Positions 10,190-17,454 of a DNA stretch of 32,000 nt are shown here, one piece after another. Numbering within the stretch: the first letter of the stretch is position 1; each line of letters begins with the position of its first letter. The stretch lies in assembly GCF_000011465.1 (NCBI RefSeq), contig NC_005072.1, positions 270,001 to 302,000 on the forward strand, read 5' to 3'. A model generated the notes under the pieces. It was not told the origin of the DNA. It made no database searches and saw only the letters and a list, made by a program, of their open reading frames with translations. A program made the position numbers and the translations under genes. This DNA comes from Prochlorococcus marinus subsp. pastoris str. CCMP1986 (GTDB lineage Bacteria > Cyanobacteriota > Cyanobacteriia > PCC-6307 > Cyanobiaceae).

Positions 10190-11008
10190 TTAAATGTCTT
10201 TTGGTTGCATTGGCCCTGCAAGGTTCCCATTTCTAAATTGAAAAACATAAGGATCATTACTCTCTTTAAATTCATCAATCGAACCAGCCCATCTGAATTT
10301 ACCTCCATAAAGCATAACAACTTTTTCTGAAGTCCTTTCTATAGTACTAAGAACATGACTCACGACAATAGATGATCCATTGGCTTTATTGTTTGTATTA
10401 TTAATCAAGTCTTCAATTCTTGATGAAGCAATAGGGTCAAGACCAGCAGTAGGTTCATCAAAAAGTAATAAAGGGTGACTATTTTTATCTAAATCTTGAT
10501 CTGTAATCAATGCTCTTGCAAAACTTACTCTTTTTTGCATACCGCCACTTAATTCATTTGGCAGTTTTTTCTCAACATTAAATAATCCTACTTCTTCCAA
10601 ACATTCTCTTACAATTTCATGAATAAATTTCTTGGATAAATTTTTATTCTTTTGGAGTAGGAATCCTACATTTTCTTCAATAGTTAAAGATCCTAATAAA
10701 GCAGGATTTTGAAAAACTAATCTTACATCTGGAGGGTTAGTTTGATCTAATCTTAAGTAGGTTTGTTTTTGTCCAAATATGCTTAATTCACCCGCAGTGG
10801 GTAAAAGCAAACCTGCCAAGATTTTTAATATAGTTGATTTCCCAGAACCTGAGGGGCCAACAATAGCTAATTTTTCTCCCTCATAAAGTTTTAAATTGAT
10901 TTTATTTAGTACATTAAGTTCTCCCCAACTAATTGAGAGATTATTGGTTTCTACGACATGGTTTGTTTTTTTCAAAATGAATATAAAGCAATTTGTCTTT
11001 AAATACAT
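10190..11008 (-). CDS. ABC transporter ATP-binding protein (MlaF/TGD3-like)
   Basis: Walker A GPSGSGKST, signature LSGGMQKRVSFARAL, Walker B LLLFDEPTAGLD and H-loop VVSHV. The start is uncertain: ATG at 11008, or TTG at 10975 giving (M)KKTNHVVETNNL. Confidence 0.88.
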   Translation of the reverse strand: MYLKTNCFIFILKKTNHVVETNNLSISWGELNVLNKINLKLYEGEKLAIVGPSGSGKSTILKILAGLLLPTAGELSIFGQKQTYLRLDQTNPPDVRLVFQNPALLGSLTIEENVGFLLQKNKNLSKKFIHEIVRECLEEVGLFNVEKKLPNELSGGMQKRVSFARALITDQDLDKNSHPLLLFDEPTAGLDPIASSRIEDLINNTNNKANGSSIVVSHVLSTIERTSEKVVMLYGGKFRWAGSIDEFKESNDPYVFQFRNGNLAGPMQPKDI

Positions 11009-11100
11009 ATTGCCTACTTTTTAAAAATAAAAAAGGATGTATGTATTTGATTTATAATCAATGTAAATATTTAAATTTTAAGAAATTTAAGAGGATTTTG

Positions 11101-12486
11101 ATGCAGAAGAAGAAAAAAAGAATAATGAGAACTTTATCTTATTTTAAAAAGTCAAATTTAGGTTTGATAAATAAAATTATAAGAATTCTAAGTTGGTTAT
11201 TGCCAGGGTTAGTAATCAAAAGATGGATGATAACTTCTGCTATTGGTTTATTAACTTCTTTATTAGGGATTGCAATCTGGACTAATTTAAGACCTCTTTA
11301 TTGGTTAATAGAAGTCTTTTTCTCGATAATGAATATTTTAACAAAAATTTTACCTATTTCAGTTTTGGGACCATTAATCCTTTTGTTTGGTCTTCTTTTG
11401 ATTTGTATTGGGCAAAATAGAAGTATTAATTCTATACAAAAAGCTCTTGTCCCAGAAAAAAATACATTTTTAGTAGATGCACTAAGAGTTAAAAGTAAAT
11501 TAAATAGAGGCCCGAATATTGTTGCTATTGGAGGAGGAACAGGCTTGTCAACATTATTGAAAGGCCTAAAAAACTACAGCAGTAATATAACTGCAATAGT
11601 TACAGTTTCAGATGATGGAGGTAGTAGTGGAGTTTTAAGAAAACAATTTGGAGTTCAACCTCCAGGAGATATCAGAAATTGTTTGGCAGCCTTATCAAAT
11701 GAAGAACCAATATTAACAAGATTGTTTCAATACAGATTTTCTGGAGGTAGTGGATTAGAGGGACATAGTTTTGGCAATTTATTCTTATCTGCTTTAACAA
11801 CAATTACGGGAAGTTTAGAAAAGGCGGTTCAGGCTTCCAGTAAAGTGTTGGCAGTACAAGGGCAAGTTTTGCCAGCAACAAATACAGATGTAATGCTTTG
11901 GGCAGAACTTGAAGACGGTGAGAAAATATTTGGTGAAAGTAAAATAAGTCAATCAAAAAAGGTGATTTCCAGGATTGGTTATCTGCCCGAAAATCCACCG
12001 GCTCTTCCTAGTGCTCTTGAAGCTATTAAAGAAGCAGACCTAATAATACTAGGTCCAGGAAGTCTTTATACTTCTTTGCTACCTAATTTACTGGTCCCTG
12101 AAATTGTAGATGCTCTTCTGAAAAGTAATGCTCCCAAAATCTACATAAGTAATTTGATGACTCAACCAGGGGAAACGGATAATCTTGACGTATATCAACA
12201 CATCAAAGCAATAGAAAAGCAATTATCAAATTTTGGTGTAAAAAATCGAATATTTAATGCAATACTTTCTCAAATTAAATTTGAAAAGTCACCACTTGTT
12301 GATTACTACCAAAGTAGAGGTGCCATGCCAGTGATTTGTAACAAAGAAGAATTAATTTCAGAAGGATATTATGTCTTGCAAGCTCCCCTTTATTCAAGAA
12401 AGATAACTCCAACACTTAGACATGACCCCCGAAGACTTGCAAGGGCAGTAATGTTTATTAATAAAAAAATGAAGAAATTAAATTAA
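11101..12486 (+). CDS. YvcK/CofD-like (UPF0052, gluconeogenesis-factor family) protein with an N-terminal membrane extension
   Basis: The core contains NIVAIGGGTGLSTLLKGLK, TAIVTVSDDGGSSG, GDIRNCL, GHSFGNLFL and LGPGSLYTSLLPNLLV, all typical of the family. It is preceded by ~130 aa with hydrophobic helices (ILSWLLPGLVI, ITSAIGLLTSLLGIAIW, VLGPLILLFGLLLICIG). Start placed at ATG 11101 (MQKKKKRIM); ATG 11125 is also possible. The track's 10993 start overlaps the divergent ATPase gene. Confidence 0.75.
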   Translation: MQKKKKRIMRTLSYFKKSNLGLINKIIRILSWLLPGLVIKRWMITSAIGLLTSLLGIAIWTNLRPLYWLIEVFFSIMNILTKILPISVLGPLILLFGLLLICIGQNRSINSIQKALVPEKNTFLVDALRVKSKLNRGPNIVAIGGGTGLSTLLKGLKNYSSNITAIVTVSDDGGSSGVLRKQFGVQPPGDIRNCLAALSNEEPILTRLFQYRFSGGSGLEGHSFGNLFLSALTTITGSLEKAVQASSKVLAVQGQVLPATNTDVMLWAELEDGEKIFGESKISQSKKVISRIGYLPENPPALPSALEAIKEADLIILGPGSLYTSLLPNLLVPEIVDALLKSNAPKIYISNLMTQPGETDNLDVYQHIKAIEKQLSNFGVKNRIFNAILSQIKFEKSPLVDYYQSRGAMPVICNKEELISEGYYVLQAPLYSRKITPTLRHDPRRLARAVMFINKKMKKLN

Positions 12487-12494
12487 TAAATTTT

Positions 12495-13025
12495 TTAATA
12501 AGCATCTTGTAATTCATAGAAGTCAGGTTGTATATAATCTTTTCTTAATGGCCATCCTCTCCAGTCTTCTGGCATTAAAAGTCTTGTGGGATTTGGATGA
12601 TCAGCAAAATTGATTCCAAACATGTCATAGGTTTCCCTTTCTTGCCAATCACTTCCCTTGAAAATTTTATAAAGGCTAGGTACAGATAAATCTGAGTCTC
12701 TATTTAAAAAAACTTTTACTCTAATTTCTTTAATCTCTTTTATATCTTGAATATCTCCAAGTGAGATTAGATGGTAAAAACTTACGAGACATTTTCCTGG
12801 TCCTTCATCGTAACCTCCTTGACACTGAAGGTAGTTAAAGCCATAGCCTCTTAAAGTAGATATTGCTTCGTACAACTTTTCTGGTTTTACTGAAAGTATC
12901 TCAACACCTATATGATCATTCCCTAAAGATTCGTTTGTAATCCCATCTTGAGAAAGCTGATTACTTACTATTCCATTTTGTTTTACAATTTCTTCTGAAG
13001 ATTCAGGTGAACTATTATTTTCCAT
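12495..13025 (-). CDS. ndhJ: NAD(P)H-quinone oxidoreductase (NDH-1) subunit J
   Basis: 176-aa ORF with [30 protein letters not shown] and [13 protein letters not shown]. Its start shares one base with the ndhK stop (TAATG). Confidence 0.95.
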   Translation of the reverse strand: MENNSSPESSEEIVKQNGIVSNQLSQDGITNESLGNDHIGVEILSVKPEKLYEAISTLRGYGFNYLQCQGGYDEGPGKCLVSFYHLISLGDIQDIKEIKEIRVKVFLNRDSDLSVPSLYKIFKGSDWQERETYDMFGINFADHPNPTRLLMPEDWRGWPLRKDYIQPDFYELQDAY

Positions 13026-13759
13026 TATTTTATTACTTCATCTATAGAATTTGTTTCATATATATTTTCACTACTTTCTTCTACCGGATTAAGTTTAGAA
13101 GATTCAATTGACTTTTCAGATTTTTTATTTAAATATTCACCAGTATTTTCTGAAAAAACAAGATTCATCTCATGATCTACAGTTAAATATCTATGAGTTT
13201 GTTCAGATTTATTCCTCTCAAGAATACTCTCATTAGCAACTTTCTTTCTTAATTTTATAACAGCATCAAAAATAGCTTCTGGTCTAGGGGGGCATCCAGG
13301 AAGGTACAAATCAACTGGGATTAATTTATCAACTCCTCTTACTGCTGTTGTTGAATCTGCACTAAACATTCCACCAGTTATGGTACAAGCTCCCATGGCA
13401 ATGACATATTTTGGTTCTGGCATTTGTTCATACAACCTTACTAATGCTGGTGCCATTTTCATTGTGACTGTACCAGCAACAATTAGTAAGTCTGCTTGTC
13501 TTGGGGAGCTTCTAGGTACTAAGCCAAATCTATCAAAATCAAACCTAGACCCTATGAGTGCTGCAAATTCTATAAAACAGCATGCAGTTCCGTATAAAAG
13601 TGGCCATAGACTACTTAATCTAGCCCAGTTATGAAGATCATCTAAACTTGTCATTATGATATTTTCGCTCAAGTCAGTTGTGACTTGGGGGGCACCCAGA
13701 GGATTACAAGTTTCTTCTCTAAGCTCTCTTATTGCTTTTGGTGAAAGTGAATTGTTCAA
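13025..13759 (-). CDS. ndhK: NAD(P)H-quinone oxidoreductase (NDH-1) subunit K
   Basis: Fe-S ligand motifs [20 protein letters not shown] and [11 protein letters not shown], plus [13 protein letters not shown]. Confidence 0.95.
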   Translation of the reverse strand: MNNSLSPKAIRELREETCNPLGAPQVTTDLSENIIMTSLDDLHNWARLSSLWPLLYGTACCFIEFAALIGSRFDFDRFGLVPRSSPRQADLLIVAGTVTMKMAPALVRLYEQMPEPKYVIAMGACTITGGMFSADSTTAVRGVDKLIPVDLYLPGCPPRPEAIFDAVIKLRKKVANESILERNKSEQTHRYLTVDHEMNLVFSENTGEYLNKKSEKSIESSKLNPVEESSENIYETNSIDEVIK

Positions 13760-13763
13760 CTTT

Positions 13764-14126
13764 TTAACTCCATTCTAAAGCTCCTTTTCTCCAAGCGTAA
13801 GCAAGAGCAATTACTAATATTGTAATAAATATTAGAGCCTCAATAAATGCTAGTAGGCCTAGTCTATTGAATGCAACCGCCCAAGGATAAAGAAATACAG
13901 TTTCTACATCAAATATAACGAATACTAATGCAAACATGTAATATCTGATATTGAATTGAATCCAAGCCCCCCCTATAGGCTCCATCCCTGATTCGTAGGT
14001 GAGTTTTCTCTCTCCAGTTCTTCCTTTGGGAGAGACTATTAGGTTAGTAACTAAAGCTAAAATTGGGACTGCCGCAGCAATTATTAAAAAACCTAAAAAA
14101 TATTCGTAGCCGGGTAATGAAAACAT
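13764..14126 (-). CDS. ndhC: NAD(P)H-quinone oxidoreductase (NDH-1) subunit 3
   Basis: 120-aa three-helix membrane protein with YESGMEPIG and [12 protein letters not shown] motifs. First gene of the ndhC-K-J string. Confidence 0.95.
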   Translation of the reverse strand: MFSLPGYEYFLGFLIIAAAVPILALVTNLIVSPKGRTGERKLTYESGMEPIGGAWIQFNIRYYMFALVFVIFDVETVFLYPWAVAFNRLGLLAFIEALIFITILVIALAYAWRKGALEWS

Positions 14127-14198
14127 TTAAAAAAATTGTTGGAAAATTCGCTTAATTCAGCAAAATCTTTTAGAGTCTCTAAAGTTAAATACTAAATC

Positions 14199-14627
14199 GT
14201 GAGTGAAAACATTCAACCATCTTCTGAGGAAAACCAAATAGTTGAGGATTTAACAAATAAAGAATCTCCTGAAAAACTTCCAGAATTTAAAGATAAAGAG
14301 CTCATTACCAATTTAGAACAAAATAGATTCGAATGTAGAAGTTGTGGATACATTTATGATCCTATAGAAGGAAACAAGAAACTTAACATTCCTAAAAATA
14401 CTCCTTTCTCGGCAATAGATGGAAATACTTTTGCTTGTCCAGTATGTAGAGCAGGTAAAAATTTATATAAAGATATAGGACCAAGAGAAAAACCTAGTGG
14501 TTTTGAAGAAAATTTAACTTATGGCTTTGGATTCAATAGTTTGCCACCTGGTCAGAAAAATATTTTAATATTTGGTGGTTTAGCATTTGCAGCTGCATGT
14601 TTCCTTTCTTTGTACTCTTTGCACTAA
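14199..14627 (+). CDS. rubA: Membrane-anchored rubredoxin (photosystem II-associated RubA type)
   Basis: Two Cys knuckles (FECRSCGYIYDP and FACPVCRAGK) plus a C-terminal TM helix (ILIFGGLAFAAACFLSLYSL). GTG start; there is no in-frame ATG before the metal site. Sits immediately upstream of ycf48-psbEFLJ, as in other cyanobacteria. Confidence 0.9.
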   Translation: MSENIQPSSEENQIVEDLTNKESPEKLPEFKDKELITNLEQNRFECRSCGYIYDPIEGNKKLNIPKNTPFSAIDGNTFACPVCRAGKNLYKDIGPREKPSGFEENLTYGFGFNSLPPGQKNILIFGGLAFAAACFLSLYSLH

Positions 14628-14636
14628 AATATATCC

Positions 14637-15650
14637 ATGAAAAAATTTGTAACTAGCATTCCAAACCTTCTCCTAACATTTACACTTTGCTTTGTTTTAA
14701 GTAGTTGTTCTTCAACAGGTGTAAAAATGAGCGAGAGTAGTCCCTGGGAAACAATTCAATTTGAAGATCAGTCAAATGCATTAGATATAGATTTCATAGA
14801 TAATAATCATGGATTTTTAGTTGGATCAAATAGGCTTATTATGGAATCTAATGATGGAGGAAAATCGTGGGAAAAAAGATCTTTAGATATTGCTGCAGAG
14901 GAGAATTTTCGTTTACTTGATATAGATTTTAAGGGTTCTGAAGGTTGGTTGATAGGACAACCCTCTTTAGTTATGCATACGATTGATGAAGGTAAGAATT
15001 GGACAAGGTTATCTCTTGGTAAGCTGCCTGGCCAGCCATTTTTAGTCTCAACTGTTGATGATGGGGTTGCTGAATTGGCAACAACCTCAGCTGCTATTTA
15101 TACAACTTCAAATAGTGGTGAAACATGGGAGGCTAAGGTTTCAGACCCTTCCGAGCAGGGAGGTATTAGAGATTTAAGAAGAACATCTAATGGAGATTAT
15201 GTAAGTGTAAGTAGTCTTGGTAATTTTTTCTCTACTCTCGAAAGTGGAAGTGATACTTGGATAGCTCATCAAAGAGCGAGTAGTAAGAGAGTACAAGGTA
15301 TAGGATTTAATCCAGACGGAAATTTATGGATGTTGTCTCGAGGTGCTGAGATAAGATTTAATGATGATAGTAATGATTTGGAAAGTTGGACTAAACCAAT
15401 AGTTCCGATTCTAAACGGCTACAACTATTTAGATATGGGATGGGACCCTGAAGGAAATATCTGGGCCGGCGGTGGTAATGGGACTTTGATAGTTAGTAAA
15501 GATGATGGTAAGACATGGGATTCTGATCCTGTTGCTTCAAATTTGCCAACTAACTTTATCAAGATTCAATTCTTGGAAAAAGATGAATTAGATGCTAAAA
15601 AAGGCTTTATTCTTGGAGAAAGGGGTTACATCCTCAGGTGGAACGGTTAA
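14637..15650 (+). CDS. ycf48: Photosystem II stability/assembly factor Ycf48 (HCF136 homologue)
   Basis: Lipoprotein signal with lipobox ([10 protein letters not shown]), followed by repeated beta-propeller blades of the form DGGKSWE, DEGKNWT, NSGETWE and DDGKTWD. Confidence 0.9.
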
Positions 15651-15761
15651 GTTCAAGCAAATTAAAAAGTAAAAAAATCCTTAAATTTCTTGTAATTTAA
15701 CAACTGTCTGTAACCAAGCTGTAAATTTCTTCACAAACTTAGGATTTTTCCTTGTAAGATC

Positions 15762-15767
15762 AAGGAG
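15762..15767 (+). promoter_or_regulatory. Shine-Dalgarno-like AAGGAG upstream of psbE
   Basis: AAGGAG lies 9 nt before GTG 15777 and 15 nt before ATG 15783. Its AAGG forms the 3' arm of a short CCTTG-N6-CAAGG inverted repeat (15750-15765). Confidence 0.4.
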
Positions 15768-15782
15768 TAAATAATTGTGATT

Positions 15783-16031
15783 ATGGCCGCAGGTTCAACG
15801 GGTGAACGCCCATTCTTTGAAATAATCACCAGTATCAGATACTGGATTATTCATGCAGTAACACTTCCAGCTATTTTTATAGCAGGTTTCCTATTTGTAT
15901 ATACAGGTTTAGCCTATGATGCTTTTGGGACTCCACGTCCAGATAGTTATTTCCAGGCTTCTGAATCAAAAGCACCTGTTGTAACGCAAAGATATGACGC
16001 TAAATCTCAATTAGATTTAAGAACAAAATAA
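15783..16031 (+). CDS. psbE: Cytochrome b559 alpha subunit (PSII)
   Basis: [39 protein letters not shown] contains the haem-ligand His in the RYWIIH context. ATG 15783 preferred. GTG 15777 (two codons upstream) has better SD spacing and cannot be excluded. Confidence 0.94.
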   Translation: MAAGSTGERPFFEIITSIRYWIIHAVTLPAIFIAGFLFVYTGLAYDAFGTPRPDSYFQASESKAPVVTQRYDAKSQLDLRTK

Positions 16032-16033
16032 TT

Positions 16034-16177
16034 ATGTCAAATTCTCAAGCTCCAATGCAGGCTGTTGAAGTCCGCGTTTATCCGATCTTTACTATTCGTT
16101 GGCTAGCAGTTCATGCTCTTGCGATTCCTTCAGTATTTTTCTTAGGTGCTATAGCAGCTATGCAATTTTTAAGATAA
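16034..16177 (+). CDS. psbF: Cytochrome b559 beta subunit (PSII)
   Basis: Not in the ORF track (47 codons). Manual translation gives [47 protein letters not shown]-stop. It has the canonical [11 protein letters not shown] haem-ligand motif and begins 2 nt after the psbE stop. Confidence 0.94.
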   Translation: MSNSQAPMQAVEVRVYPIFTIRWLAVHALAIPSVFFLGAIAAMQFLR

Positions 16178-16188
16178 CTTTATTAATC

Positions 16189-16308
16189 ATGCAAGTAAAC
16201 GAAAATCCGAATAAAGTTCCAGTTGAACTTAATCGTACAAGTCTATATTTAGGCTTATTATCAGTATTAGTCTTAGGAATTTTATTTTCCAGTTACTTTT
16301 TCAACTAA
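16189..16308 (+). CDS. psbL: Photosystem II protein L
   Basis: [39 protein letters not shown]-stop (39 aa). This is the C-terminal part of the 16099-16308 track ORF, whose upstream part is an out-of-frame read through psbF. Confidence 0.95.
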   Translation: MQVNENPNKVPVELNRTSLYLGLLSVLVLGILFSSYFFN

Positions 16309-16317
16309 ATTAAAATT

Positions 16318-16512
16318 ATGAGTAAATTAAAAGGCCCTGATGGCAGAATCCCTGATAGATTACCCGATGGTAGACCCGCTGTTGCATGGGAAAGAAGATG
16401 GACTGAAGGAACCCTTCCTCTTTGGTTAGTTGCTACGGCAGGAGGAATAGCAGTTATTTTTGTCTTAGGTATATTTTTCTACGGTTCATACCAAGGAGTA
16501 GGTGCTGGCTAA
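16318..16512 (+). CDS. psbJ: Photosystem II protein J, long form with an N-terminal extension
   Basis: The C-terminal [32 protein letters not shown] matches the PsbJ helix. It sits 9 nt after psbL, completing psbEFLJ. Confidence 0.9.
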   Translation: MSKLKGPDGRIPDRLPDGRPAVAWERRWTEGTLPLWLVATAGGIAVIFVLGIFFYGSYQGVGAG

Positions 16513-16545
16513 GTCTATCATTACTCTTTTTCAAATGAGTATTAA

Positions 16546-17445
16546 TTATCCCCAATAAGAATCTGTAAATATCTTTAGTTTTTCTTTTGTAAAACTAGGG
16601 ATATTTTCTTTTTGAGTTATTAAACCATCCTTTAAAGAACTATGGGATTTGCTTTGAGGTCTCTTTTTATCGATAACTTTAGCGATTTCAAAGACAATTT
16701 TGTTGGCAACTTCAGTATTTGCTCTAAGATTTTCCAAAACCATCTCTACCGATACTTCCTGATGAGTTTGATGCCAGCAATCATAATCAGTAACCATAGA
16801 AAGAGAAGAATAAGCTATCTCAGCTTCTTTAGCTAATCTTGCTTCAGTGTGATTAGTCATACCTATAATTGAACAACCCCAACTTCTATATAAATTAGAT
16901 TCTGCTCTGGTAGAGAAGGCGGGCCCCTCCATTGCTAAATATGTTCCTCCTCTATGTAATTGTCTTCCTCCCGGGATATTTTCTTCGCTAACATTGCATA
17001 AAATTCCCGACAAGTTCATACAGAAAGGATCCCCCATAGTTACATGAGCTACTGCTCCTTCATTAAAAAATGTTGCTGGTCTTTTATGTGTTCGATCAAT
17101 AAATTGATCTGGGATAACAATATCAAGGGGCCTGATTTGTTCTTGAAGGGAGCCAACTGCTGATGGAGCTATTATCCACCTCACACCAATTGATCGGAGA
17201 GCCCAAATGTTAGCTTTGTATGGTATTTCTGTCGGATTCAGTTTATGTGTTCTACCGTGCCTTGCTATAAAAGCTATTTCTAAATTACCAGTTTTAAAGA
17301 GCCTAATTGAATCAGAAGGTTTACCATAAGGTGTATTGACCTCGATTTCTTCATGACAATCTATTTTGTTAATTGAATAGAAACCACTCCCACCAATTAC
17401 TCCTAATCTTGATTCTTTAATGGGTAATAAATGCTGTTTATTCAT
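16546..17445 (-). CDS. mtnP: S-methyl-5'-thioadenosine phosphorylase
   Basis: RLGVIGGSGFY, FIARHGRTHKLNPTEIPYKANIWALR, EGPAFSTRAES and GMTNHTEARLAKEAEIAYSSLSMVTDYDCW are MTAP/PNP-family motifs. Start placed at ATG 17445 (MNKQHLLPIKESRLGVIGG); the track's 17469 start adds 8 codons. Confidence 0.88.
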   Translation of the reverse strand: MNKQHLLPIKESRLGVIGGSGFYSINKIDCHEEIEVNTPYGKPSDSIRLFKTGNLEIAFIARHGRTHKLNPTEIPYKANIWALRSIGVRWIIAPSAVGSLQEQIRPLDIVIPDQFIDRTHKRPATFFNEGAVAHVTMGDPFCMNLSGILCNVSEENIPGGRQLHRGGTYLAMEGPAFSTRAESNLYRSWGCSIIGMTNHTEARLAKEAEIAYSSLSMVTDYDCWHQTHQEVSVEMVLENLRANTEVANKIVFEIAKVIDKKRPQSKSHSSLKDGLITQKENIPSFTKEKLKIFTDSYWG

Positions 17446-17454
17446 TGTAATGAA

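Noticed and set aside
15681-15700. Inverted repeat TTAAATT-N6-AATTTAA downstream of ycf48
   Set aside because: The all-A/T 7-bp stem has negligible stability and no U-tract, and such repeats are expected by chance in this composition.
16099-16188. N-terminal 30 codons of the 69-aa track ORF ([20 protein letters not shown]...)
   Set aside because: This is an out-of-frame read through psbF. The real genes are psbF (16034-16177) and psbL (16189-16308).
16513-16545. Possible terminator between convergent psbJ and mtnP
   Set aside because: The best pairing is only 5 bp (TACTC/GAGTA) with a 10-nt loop and no U-tract, which is too weak to call.
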